The notes under the pieces are model-generated. The model searched no databases. It was given only the letters and a program-made list of their open reading frames with translations, and was not told the DNA's origin. A program made the translations under genes and the position numbers. A stretch of 64,000 bases of DNA from a virus (lineage: Duplodnaviria; Heunggongvirae; Uroviricota; Caudoviricetes), in the IMG/VR virus record IMGVR_UViG_3300037419_003079, one strand, 5' to 3'. Below are positions 8,424-15,823 of this stretch, piece by piece; the stretch's first letter is position 1, and every line of letters starts with the position of its first letter.

Positions 8424-8784
8424 CTAAAAGACCTTTCTTTGTAGCGTAGTCTATCATATCTTTAGTTCCTGATGACGTTCCATTCCAAAATGCTAACAGT
8501 ATGTCTGCATAATCACCCATGTCGTGATTACGCTTAATTCCTGCACCTTTATCTGTAGAACCGTCTGCTCTTTTCCATTTAGGTATAAATCTCTTTATCC
8601 TACAATCTCTTTCTCTAGCAAATCTCTCTCCTAATTTGTCAGCACCGTTAGCACCACCCGACACTATCTCCACTTTATCCCATAATTCGGGAGGGAGTTG
8701 TGAACAAATAAAGAAGGCAACCTTATCTGCTAAGTAATCGTAGTCATTAAAGTCTCGACCACCTGCAATTATGATTCTTATCAT
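8404..8784 (-). CDS. SLOG/Rossmann-fold protein (DUF2493 / YpsA-like)
   Basis: 126 aa. IIIAGGRDF ... IVSGGANGADKLGERFA motif is typical of the DprA/LOG-like SLOG clade common in phages. Confidence 0.55.
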   Translation of the reverse strand: MIRIIIAGGRDFNDYDYLADKVAFFICSQLPPELWDKVEIVSGGANGADKLGERFARERDCRIKRFIPKWKRADGSTDKGAGIKRNHDMGDYADILLAFWNGTSSGTKDMIDYATKKGLLVEVFSY

Positions 8785-8815
8785 GTCTTACCTCCTTTGC
8801 TTATCTTATATTTAT

Positions 8816-8844
8816 ATTATAGTTTCCCATAGTCCGAAAGTCAA
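8816..8844 (-). promoter_or_regulatory. sigma-A consensus promoter (TTGACT-17-TATAAT)
   Basis: Reverse complement reads CCTTGACTTTCGGACTATGGGAAACTATAATATAAATA. Confidence 0.75.
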
Positions 8845-8865
8845 GGACAAATTGTAAAAAATTTC

Positions 8866-8890
8866 AAAAAAAAGAGAGGCGTTAGCCTCC
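8866..8890 (-). terminator. rho-independent terminator after SPFH gene
   Basis: GAGGC-GTTA-GCCTC stem, with plus-strand A8 giving U8 on the minus-strand RNA. Confidence 0.6.
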
Positions 8891-8895
8891 CTCAA

Positions 8896-9837
8896 TTACT
8901 TAGTTCCTTTGATTGGTAAGTTGAACAACATATTACCATTGTCACCAATTACTAGGTTCTCAGGTAATTTAATTTTACCTTCTGCTAAACCTTTAGCTAA
9001 TGTTTCTTGAATTTCTAATTGTTTCATCTCTGCTAATGTAGCCATAGCTTGCTTCTTTTTCTGTGCTTGTAGTAATTCAGATTGTGCTTTAGCCTCATTA
9101 GTAGCGTTGGTAATTTTTTGTGCCTCTTGTTCTGCCTTAGCAGTAACTTTTGCTGTTAATGCGTTTTGTACAGCCTCGTCAGAGTAAACTAACTCACCTT
9201 TATAACCAATGTTAGAAATAGTAATACCTTGCTCTTTGAAATACTTAATGACATCTACACTAACTTCATTGATAATGTCAGCCTTGTTAGCACGAATTTC
9301 GTCCATACTACGCTTAGAGAAAGCCTCAATCATTTTCGTTTCTAAACGGTTACGAATTTCATTATCCATGATTTCAGATAAGTGCTTACCTTTGTATGTA
9401 TATAAGAACTTAGGTGTGTCCTCAGGGTGAATAGATGAAGTAGCAGAGATACCTTGTGAGAACTTAATTGAGTCACGAGATTCCGACTTAATAACTTTGT
9501 CTCCAATCCACTCACGAGTCTCAGGGGAACGATTGATTTTTACAACTGAAACAGTGTCAATGTATTTTACTTGCCAGTATCTACGACCTACTTGGATTTC
9601 TTTTTGAGGAATTTGGATTCGCTTACTAGCAACCATGTTCTTCTCTAAGAATTGAACTGAATCGAATTGTTGTTGGTCAGAAGTCTTACCTTCTAACGGT
9701 AATACGAAAGCAGTCTCATTAGCGTCAATAGTGACGAACTTAGGCTTGTTATAAGGCTTAACACAACCTGTTAATGTAGTTGTTAAAGCAATACCTACTA
9801 CTAAAGCACCAATTTTTTTACTTGTTTTCATTTGCAT
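8896..9837 (-). CDS. SPFH/band-7 (stomatin/prohibitin-like) lipoprotein
   Basis: 313 aa. Lipoprotein signal MQMKTSKKIGALVVGIALTTTLTG-C, then an SPFH core, then a coiled-coil tail (AKAEQEAQK ... ELLQAQKKKQA). Confidence 0.75.
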   Translation of the reverse strand: MQMKTSKKIGALVVGIALTTTLTGCVKPYNKPKFVTIDANETAFVLPLEGKTSDQQQFDSVQFLEKNMVASKRIQIPQKEIQVGRRYWQVKYIDTVSVVKINRSPETREWIGDKVIKSESRDSIKFSQGISATSSIHPEDTPKFLYTYKGKHLSEIMDNEIRNRLETKMIEAFSKRSMDEIRANKADIINEVSVDVIKYFKEQGITISNIGYKGELVYSDEAVQNALTAKVTAKAEQEAQKITNATNEAKAQSELLQAQKKKQAMATLAEMKQLEIQETLAKGLAEGKIKLPENLVIGDNGNMLFNLPIKGTK

Positions 9838-10081
9838 TACCTCCGAATAGTTTTTTAATATCTTTTAACATAAACAAGATGAAGATTAAGATTGAGCCAC
9901 TGAATTGAATGGTAGTTCCATATTTAGTTAGGAAGTTATATCCTGCTAAACTAGTGTTGCTATCTTGAAGTTGCATTAAAGCTACTTTGTTGTCTATTGG
10001 TGTTGAAAAAGAATTTAGTACTACATTGAGTAATGTTATAAATACTAATCCTACTACTAATCTAATGATTGTTGATTTCAT
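9818..10081 (-). CDS. small membrane protein (possible NfeD-like partner of the SPFH protein)
   Basis: 87 aa with two TM segments. Overlaps the SPFH gene start by 20 nt. Lies 11 nt downstream of the ClpP-like gene. Confidence 0.5.
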   Translation of the reverse strand: MKSTIIRLVVGLVFITLLNVVLNSFSTPIDNKVALMQLQDSNTSLAGYNFLTKYGTTIQFSGSILIFILFMLKDIKKLFGGNANENK

Positions 10082-10092
10082 TGTTCTCCTCC

Positions 10093-10713
10093 TTATTCAA
10101 TTGCGAAATTTCCTGCTTGAACATCTTCTCTTTTCAGACGAGTAATAGCAATCTTAGATTCTACTACACCTAGCTTAATAGCCTCGTCAGTATCAAAATA
10201 CCAATCTTTGACTGTATCTTGCATATTAGCAATCTCGTCTGCACGAATATTAGTTCTTTCTAAGACAAATTTATTAACCTTGCTTCTCATAAACTTCTCT
10301 ACAGCCTCCATGCGTCTTTGGTGTTCTGTGAAAGTACCACCTTGACCATATGAAATGTCATGGAACATAAACACTGTATGTTCGTATGAATAACGCTTAT
10401 GTCCTGCTAGTAAAATTGGGATACCCATACTAGCTACCATTCCTAATCCAATAGTATGTACTGGTGTCTTACTATTTCTGATGATGTCCATCAATCCTAG
10501 ACCTGATGTTACAGAACCACCGGGAGTATTGATAGTCAAGAAGATAGGGAATTTACTTCTGTCGTGATTGTTATAAGTAGCCTTCTCTTTTGCGTCATCA
10601 ATTCGATTGATTTCTACAATCTTCTCGATAATGGCTTTTGTAGAGGTATTACTAACTTCTTCTGATAAAAATAAGTTACGGTTGATTTCGTTAACTGGAA
10701 CCTGTACTGTCAT
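10093..10713 (-). CDS. ClpP-like serine protease (paralog 2), first gene of the protease / small-membrane-protein / SPFH operon
   Basis: 206 aa. TINTPGGSVTSGLGLMD ... MVASMG (Ser) ... MFHD (His). ClpP/NfeD-N (clan SK) organisation. Confidence 0.8.
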   Translation of the reverse strand: MTVQVPVNEINRNLFLSEEVSNTSTKAIIEKIVEINRIDDAKEKATYNNHDRSKFPIFLTINTPGGSVTSGLGLMDIIRNSKTPVHTIGLGMVASMGIPILLAGHKRYSYEHTVFMFHDISYGQGGTFTEHQRRMEAVEKFMRSKVNKFVLERTNIRADEIANMQDTVKDWYFDTDEAIKLGVVESKIAITRLKREDVQAGNFAIE

Positions 10714-10745
10714 TTCAATTACCTCCTCGTTTATCTTATATTTGT

Positions 10746-10775
10746 ATTATAACTTGCTTGGATACAAAAAGTCAA
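10746..10775 (-). promoter_or_regulatory. sigma-A promoter (TTGACT-18-TATAAT)
   Basis: Reverse complement reads CCTTGACTTTTTGTATCCAAGCAAGTTATAATAC. Confidence 0.7.
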
Positions 10776-10810
10776 GGATAAATCAGAAAACTTTTTTAAT
10801 TTATATCCCT

Positions 10811-10840
10811 AAAAAAAATCGACTAGGAAATGTCCTAGTC
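10811..10840 (-). terminator. rho-independent terminator downstream of the tRNA
   Basis: GACTAGGA-CATTT-CCTAGTC stem followed by U8 on the minus-strand RNA. Confidence 0.75.
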
Positions 10841-10868
10841 TTTAAAATCGTGAAACGTTAAAGGGGTG

Positions 10869-10942
10869 TGGCACGGATTGTAAGAATCGAACTCACATCA
10901 AAGGTTTTGGAGACCTTTGTTTTACCATTAAACTAAATCCGC
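10869..10942 (-). tRNA. tRNA-Trp (anticodon CCA), 74 nt with encoded CCA
   Basis: Hand-folded from the sequence: acceptor GCGGATT/AATCCGT (G1-U72), D arm GTTT-AATGGTA-AAAC, anticodon arm AAGGT-CTCCAAA-ACCTT (U33, C34C35A36, A37), 4-nt variable loop, T arm GTGAG-TTCGATT-CTTAC, discriminator G, CCA. Confidence 0.75.
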
Positions 10943-11463
10943 ATAAGAGGGAGTGCATTAGCACTCTTGGCTCACCAACTGTTTTTATAGAGAAACAGTA
11001 AACGTATTGAGAGAGGTTTTCCGTGCCTCTCCCATTTAATCGGAGGTAGGTTGCGTGGGGAAAATCAACAAAACCCAACGCACGTTTAAGGGTATCGTTT
11101 AAAAGCACGCTTTCCTAGTTATATTATATAGCGAGTGCTAGGTCACTACCTCAGATACCCGTGAGGCAAGCATGTTTATACTCTACACTTCAAGAGATAC
11201 GTTGTAGCGATTCGAGAGGAATGACCATATTGCCGTTTATCTAGGATAAGTCCGTGTAATACAGGCAAACTACCTTGAATCGCATAATTACAGTGCTAGG
11301 CTCATACCAAGAACCAACCTAGCTTGTATTCTCCTCAACTTTTACTTAACTCGTGTCAGGTGTATCGCCTTAGATTAAGTTTTATTGGAGATTACGGTTG
11401 TCCGTTTTCAAACATAGACCTGATACAGGAGGTACGGACGGTAAAGTTTCATGTATTGTGATT
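10943..11463 (-). ncRNA. GC-rich ORF-free structured region upstream of tRNA-Trp (candidate pre-tRNA leader, additional non-canonical tRNAs, or large structured ncRNA)
   Basis: 520 nt with no convincing ORF and clearly higher GC than the flanks. Multiple long stem-loops (e.g. GTCCGT...ACGGAC at 11399-11438, GCGTGGGG...CCCAACGC at 11052-11086, GAGTGC-ATTA-GCACTC at 10951-10966, GGGTATC...GATACCC at 11090-11160). It is co-transcribed between gene 11464..11787 and the terminator at 10811-10840. Confidence 0.4.
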
Positions 11464-11787
11464 TTACTTCTTGTTAAAATAAAGAACAGTTGCATAGTAA
11501 GTAGTTGTTCCGGGAGCGATTGCATATACTTCTTCGCCTTTTTCTAAGTATAATTCGATTTCTCTAGAATTATTTCCTGCATTAATGCTCTCCACTGGAA
11601 TAAGCATTGAATTATTGTTGATGTTCTGTAGTAATTCCGTGTAATTAGGATTTTGGAAGTCGATATTAAGGATTTCTTTTCCTGCAATTCTTACAGGTTG
11701 ATTATCAACGAAGATTTTGACATATCCTCTGTCTCCAACTGCTATAACACTAGGCGTTGCATTTACTGGTTTCACTTCTACTCTCAT
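11464..11787 (-). CDS. hypothetical protein (107 aa)
   Basis: ORF with tandem promoters upstream. Confidence 0.55.
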   Translation of the reverse strand: MRVEVKPVNATPSVIAVGDRGYVKIFVDNQPVRIAGKEILNIDFQNPNYTELLQNINNNSMLIPVESINAGNNSREIELYLEKGEEVYAIAPGTTTYYATVLYFNKK

Positions 11788-11884
11788 TAAACATCTCTCC
11801 TTATTATATCTAATATAAAACGTTGCCCTCTATAAGAGGGATTGGGATATACCCTTACTGATATGTTTTTTATCAGTAATATTA

Positions 11885-11957
11885 TTATGTATTCTTATAT
11901 ATTAAGTTGTCAAGGTATCTTATAAATATATTATAACACAAGACCTTTTAAAAGTCA
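11885..11957 (-). promoter_or_regulatory. tandem sigma-A promoters (TTGACT-17-TATAAT and TTGACA-17-ACATAA)
   Basis: Reverse complement reads CCCTTGACTTTTAAAAGGTCTTGTGTTATAATATATTTATAAGATACCTTGACAACTTAATATATAAGAATACATAAT. Confidence 0.65.
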
Positions 11958-11976
11958 AGGGTTATTACGTTAGAAA

Positions 11977-12300
11977 GGAGGTTTAGCGTTGCCTCCTTCC
12001 ATGATTATTGACATATCATAGTTAGTGTCTGTATTCTATTCCATGATATACACGCCAATGTGGTAGTAACCAACACTTCGATTGGTCTTTGTTGAGAGTA
12101 GAACTATATGGTGAGAGCCTAAACCCTTCATCTCTCTGCACAATGCCCGCTACCGTCACCTTCCATTGTGTTTCCTAGTTCGTAGCTACTGAACTAATCG
12201 CCACACCTTGCGAGTATGACTTCCCTTTCGGGCATAACAGGACTAATCCCCTTCACCTGTCTGTGTCGTCCCCTTTCTATCTTTCCTATGACGACTTTCC
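11977..12300 (-). ncRNA. candidate ~300-nt GC-rich non-coding RNA transcribed from promoter 12314-12342 and ending at hairpin 11977-11996
   Basis: No ORF. GC well above local background. Perfect TTGACT-17-TATAAT promoter directly upstream on the minus strand. GGAGG-N10-CCTCC hairpin at the 3' side. Internal long hairpin TAGTTC-AGTAGCTAC-GAACTA. Confidence 0.35.
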
Positions 12301-12313
12301 TAATTACTATGTA

Positions 12314-12342
12314 ATTATAACATACTTATAATATAAAGTCAA
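12314..12342 (-). promoter_or_regulatory. sigma-A consensus promoter (TTGACT-17-TATAAT) with no ORF downstream for ~300 nt
   Basis: Reverse complement reads CCCTTGACTTTATATTATAAGTATGTTATAATTAC. Confidence 0.7.
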
Positions 12343-12348
12343 GGGTAA

Positions 12349-12633
12349 TTATCTTACGCTCTGACCTGAATGAATTTTTCTAATAGCCTCTAGTGCCTCA
12401 ATATTCTGAGGTTGATTACGCATAATCCAAAGCCTTAATTCATTATATTTTAATGCGAATTTATGTTCTAACTCTCTGTCTAGTTGCTCTTTCCAATAAT
12501 CTGCTACTGCTCTAGTTGTAAAGAAAATGTCGTGCATGGATTTGTCAGATAAATGTATGCTTTCATTTGTTTGAATGTGGTAGGCAATCTTTCTTGCGTC
12601 ATATTCCACTCTAGGGTCATACTTTCTTTTCAT
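12349..12633 (-). CDS. hypothetical protein (94 aa; start refined to ATG with AAGGAGG RBS)
   Basis: The ORF-track ORF was trimmed to the internal ATG at 12633, which has a strong RBS. No recognisable motif. Confidence 0.5.
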   Translation of the reverse strand: MKRKYDPRVEYDARKIAYHIQTNESIHLSDKSMHDIFFTTRAVADYWKEQLDRELEHKFALKYNELRLWIMRNQPQNIEALEAIRKIHSGQSVR

Positions 12634-12646
12634 GCTACATTCCTCC

Positions 12647-13165
12647 TTAGATTTTGTAGTACTTCTTAATGGATTCAATAAGTGAGTCTAAGTCAGGAGA
12701 TATACTACCTCCTGAATCTTTGATAGTTCCAACTACATAAAGGTTACGGTATGGAAATTGATTTTCTACAGCGTCCTGAGACAAAGCATGTAATTTTTTC
12801 ATGTTATCTCTACCTTGTTGGCGAATATCTGTAAATAATGCAAATATAGGTCTAGGTTTAGCACCTGTTCTTAACTGATAGTTAATATCAAAACCTGCAA
12901 ACTTACCAATCTCACATGCAACTCCTGAATCTATCTCAACTCCATCAATAACTGCTATCAAAAATTGAGAGTCTAGTAGATATTCATCGTCTCCTCTTGA
13001 GATAGTTAAACTATTAGCATATCCTGTTTTATCATTTAGTGCCTCGTTTTCTTGTGGAACATATAGTTCTAACTCAGGAAACACCAATCTTAGTTCGTTT
13101 GCTATGATAGTATTATATAGATAGTCTGCCTCACTGAATAGTCCGTTTGCTAGGTACGCCTTCAT
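12647..13165 (-). CDS. nucleoside 2-deoxyribosyltransferase-family protein (NDT/Rcl-like)
   Basis: 172 aa. N-terminus MKAYLANGLFSEADYLYN... with a conserved acidic pocket (DSGVACEIG) characteristic of NDT/DNPH1-like enzymes. Confidence 0.6.
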   Translation of the reverse strand: MKAYLANGLFSEADYLYNTIIANELRLVFPELELYVPQENEALNDKTGYANSLTISRGDDEYLLDSQFLIAVIDGVEIDSGVACEIGKFAGFDINYQLRTGAKPRPIFALFTDIRQQGRDNMKKLHALSQDAVENQFPYRNLYVVGTIKDSGGSISPDLDSLIESIKKYYKI

Positions 13166-13422
13166 TAGTCACTACCTTCTTCTGCTACATCTTCTTTCAC
13201 TACTTCTACATTTTCTTCTAGAACGATTTCTTCTTCTTTGTTTAATCGAAGAATAAATTTATCTTTATTACTCTTGCTATAATCAACTTCAAGTCCTTCT
13301 AAGTAGTTCTTTTCTAGTTGATGATTAGTTATGTGAATTGGTGCTTTGCCATTCTTTGATAGTCGTCTTATACACTCAATCAATAATAAAGTTAAGACTG
13401 CCTCTTTTGATGTTTCAGCCAT
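13165..13422 (-). CDS. hypothetical acidic protein (85 aa)
   Basis: ORF whose start ATGA overlaps the previous gene's stop. Confidence 0.5.
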   Translation of the reverse strand: MAETSKEAVLTLLLIECIRRLSKNGKAPIHITNHQLEKNYLEGLEVDYSKSNKDKFILRLNKEEEIVLEENVEVVKEDVAEEGSD

Positions 13423-13549
13423 TCATACCTTCCTCCATTTCTAAATATCTTTTAAGTTCTGATGGGTTAAATTCTTCTGAGATTCGCTTGTTAATTTCAG
13501 CCATCTCAACGTATCCTTGTGCCATTTGGTCTTTATCTATTTTTTTCAT
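13415..13549 (-). CDS. small hypothetical protein (44 aa)
   Basis: Not in the ORF track. AAGGAGATGG RBS 5 nt before the ATG at 13549. Its TGA overlaps the ATG of the next gene (translational coupling). Confidence 0.4.
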   Translation of the reverse strand: MKKIDKDQMAQGYVEMAEINKRISEEFNPSELKRYLEMEEGMNG

Positions 13550-13593
13550 TCCAACCATCTCCTTAAATTATATTTATATTATAACTTCCCTGT

Positions 13594-13619
13594 AAAAATT
13601 TGAGGGGGCGAACCCCCTC
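13594..13619 (-). terminator. hairpin terminator/attenuator between promoter 13657-13685 and first gene of its operon
   Basis: GAGGGGG-CGAA-CCCCCTC stem followed by AAAUUUUUA on the minus-strand RNA. It sits ~35 nt downstream of the predicted start site. Confidence 0.45.
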
Positions 13620-13656
13620 TGAAAGAGTAGAAATTATGTATTGATTAACTATTTAT

Positions 13657-13685
13657 ATTATACTTGAATTATAACTAAAAGTCAA
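13657..13685 (-). promoter_or_regulatory. sigma-A consensus promoter (TTGACT-17-TATAAT)
   Basis: Reverse complement reads CCTTGACTTTTAGTTATAATTCAAGTATAATATAAATAG. Confidence 0.75.
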
Positions 13686-13695
13686 GGACAAATTC

Positions 13696-14421
13696 TCAAC
13701 CTTTACCAATTCGCATAATGCTTACTTTAACATGCTTTTGTCTTCCGAACTGTTTAGCAATGCTTTCGTTTCTTACAAGAACGTCTAACTTATGTCCTCT
13801 AATAGCACCACCTTTATCTAACGCTTGTGCGTAGAATGTTTCTCCACGAGCCTCAATCTTGATAATGGAGTACATAGGAATCACATTAGGGTCTACTGCT
13901 ACAACCCTCATTCCATCTACTTTAGTGGTATTTGCTACATTGTATCCTGTCGATGTCATTCCAGTGCAACCTTCTGAACAAAAGGCTGTGTAGGCTGTCG
14001 CCTCCATATAAAGAACTCTCTTAGCTTGTTGTTGTGATTTCACCACTTTGGTTTTTCTGATATTGTTCTTTTGCCTTACCGAGGGAGATTCACTTCCATC
14101 TTTATATGTTTCAATCTTCTTCTTTAGGTTTGCGTTCTCTTTTGTAAGATTAGCAATCTTGCTGTTCATTCGTTGTGCTTCTTGTAAATGTTTTTGTTTT
14201 TCTAAATCTTTCTTTTGAAGGTCAACTTTCGCTTGGAAAAGCCTATCCTCAAGACTATCAATCTGCATGTTTAAATCTACTCTCTCTTTTTGCATATCTC
14301 TCGCATTGGTCTCGGAAATTATTGCTCCTGCTCCGAATGTTGTCAGACCTGCTAATAAAATAGCTACGGATAAGATATTCATAGACTTAGAAAAGAATTT
14401 TTTCTCCTCCATTACTATCAT
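13696..14421 (-). CDS. membrane-anchored 3D-domain protein (MltA/YabE/YuiC-like cell-wall-active domain)
   Basis: 241 aa with an N-terminal TM segment, a coiled coil, and a C-terminal 3D domain (YMEATAYTAF ... VVAVDPNVIP ... LDKGGAIRGHKLDVL). Confidence 0.65.
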   Translation of the reverse strand: MIVMEEKKFFSKSMNILSVAILLAGLTTFGAGAIISETNARDMQKERVDLNMQIDSLEDRLFQAKVDLQKKDLEKQKHLQEAQRMNSKIANLTKENANLKKKIETYKDGSESPSVRQKNNIRKTKVVKSQQQAKRVLYMEATAYTAFCSEGCTGMTSTGYNVANTTKVDGMRVVAVDPNVIPMYSIIKIEARGETFYAQALDKGGAIRGHKLDVLVRNESIAKQFGRQKHVKVSIMRIGKG

Positions 14422-14443
14422 CTCCTTTGCATATTATAATTGT

Positions 14444-14472
14444 ATTATACACGCCCTTCCATATCTTGTCAA
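14444..14472 (-). promoter_or_regulatory. sigma-A consensus promoter (TTGACA-17-TATAAT)
   Basis: Reverse complement reads CCCCTTGACAAGATATGGAAGGGCGTGTATAATACAATTATAAT. Confidence 0.75.
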
Positions 14473-14486
14473 GGGGTGTCCCTGAG

Positions 14487-14516
14487 TAAAATAAAAGAGA
14501 GGCTAAATGCCCCTCT
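14487..14516 (-). terminator. weak terminator after MBL-fold gene
   Basis: AGAGG-N9-CCTCT stem followed by a U-rich tract (CUUUUAUUUUAC) on the minus-strand RNA. Confidence 0.3.
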
Positions 14517-15294
14517 ATTTAACTTCAAAACTGTAAGTCTCTCTTGGTAGTGCAATTCTCATAAATGAATCTTTAACCTCTAAGTAATGTTCTTCTAGGT
14601 CATCTCCGTAGTGCATTATGAAAATATTTCGTTTATACTTGTTTGGCAATGATTTAAGTTCTTCAAGTGAAGCGTGCACCTTACCATCATAATCAAACAT
14701 TTGGCAATCATGGAAAATAGCTTGTGCACCGTCTTTAACTGCCATCTTAATAAATTCTTCGTTAAACAATGAATCAGATGTGTAAACTATGTAATCGTGT
14801 TCTGAGATAATTAAGCCATATGACTTTTTCTTAGGGATATGCTCAGTGCTATAGACTGAAATCATGCAATCGTTAAAGAAGAAGTATTGGTCTCTATCGT
14901 TAACAATTTCATATGTAAAGTAATCATCAAATTTCATTTGTCTATCTAATTCGCCTTCTACCATAGTTCCTTTAAGGACTTTATTCCACAAATCATTTTT
15001 TAAATCTACATGAGGGAAAATAAGGTGTGGCTTTTTCTTTAAAACATATCGTCCAAAGAATCCTGCCTCCTCTAGTCCGTATACATGGTCTCCGTGGAGG
15101 TGAGTAATAAAAATAGCGTCAATATCTGACCATGAGAACTCTGATTTAAATAAATCATCAGGTGTTGTTCTTCCACAGTCAATCATCATATTCTTTTTTA
15201 CTTCTCCATTTGTTACAGTTAACACTGCACTGTTATTGCCAAAGTTCTTAGCAAATGCACTTCCTGTTCCTAGAAAAGTTAAGTCTATTTTCAT
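14515..15294 (-). CDS. metallo-beta-lactamase-fold hydrolase (RNase Z / cyclic-nucleotide phosphodiesterase-like; Apyc1-like candidate)
   Basis: 259 aa. HxHxDH motif (ITHLHGDHVYG) plus downstream His/Asp ligands. Last gene of its operon. Confidence 0.8.
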   Translation of the reverse strand: MKIDLTFLGTGSAFAKNFGNNSAVLTVTNGEVKKNMMIDCGRTTPDDLFKSEFSWSDIDAIFITHLHGDHVYGLEEAGFFGRYVLKKKPHLIFPHVDLKNDLWNKVLKGTMVEGELDRQMKFDDYFTYEIVNDRDQYFFFNDCMISVYSTEHIPKKKSYGLIISEHDYIVYTSDSLFNEEFIKMAVKDGAQAIFHDCQMFDYDGKVHASLEELKSLPNKYKRNIFIMHYGDDLEEHYLEVKDSFMRIALPRETYSFEVK

Positions 15295-15809
15295 AGGTCT
15301 ATCCTCTCCTCTAACACTTCGTTGTACATTACCAATAAATCAATAATACCATCTAGGTCATCTAAGGAGTTCATTAAGATTTCTAACTCCCAAAACATGT
15401 AGTAACTGCTTTTATCGTCTTTTTCTCTATGGTTAAAGACTTGTTTTACTTGGATACTAACTCTTTCGCTATGATGTGCAAACTTCAACAACATCTTAAC
15501 AAGTTCTATCCAATCAGAACGCTTATGTGGAACAACTTTGATATAAAGGTCTTCACCTATATTTTTAGCTGACATAACTTTCACATCAGCAATAGCAAAT
15601 AGTTCTCCAACAATCTTGTTTTTATAACTTAAAAATTCTAGTGATTCTCGACATTCTTCTTCTGTCATAACCTCTTTTACAAATCCATATCCTTCGCAAT
15701 ATCCACAATCAGTCCAATTTGAGTCTAGGAAGTCTTGTTTCACCTTCCTAAACCCACCTTTTCCATGACATACTGGACACGCTACATTGTAAGGTGTTAC
15801 AGTTTCCAT
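15291..15809 (-). CDS. zinc-finger protein (172 aa; start refined to METVTPYN with AAGGAGG RBS)
   Basis: CPVCHGKGG ... CGYCEGYG treble-clef-like Cys pairs. Overlaps the MBL gene by 4 nt. Confidence 0.5.
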   Translation of the reverse strand: METVTPYNVACPVCHGKGGFRKVKQDFLDSNWTDCGYCEGYGFVKEVMTEEECRESLEFLSYKNKIVGELFAIADVKVMSAKNIGEDLYIKVVPHKRSDWIELVKMLLKFAHHSERVSIQVKQVFNHREKDDKSSYYMFWELEILMNSLDDLDGIIDLLVMYNEVLEERIDL

Positions 15810-15823
15810 GATAATCCTCCTTT

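Noticed and set aside
10893-11108. 71-aa minus-strand ORF inside the GC-rich intergenic segment.
   Set aside because: It has no RBS. Its composition is unlike neighbouring genes. It sits in a region better explained as structured RNA next to the tRNA.
11090-11160. 71-nt segment GGGTATC...GATACCC with perfect 7-bp terminal stem, considered as a second tRNA.
   Set aside because: The interior lacks D-loop GG and T-loop TTCRA signatures. It contains a TATATAATATA palindrome. It is better left as an unassigned hairpin pending tRNAscan/Infernal.
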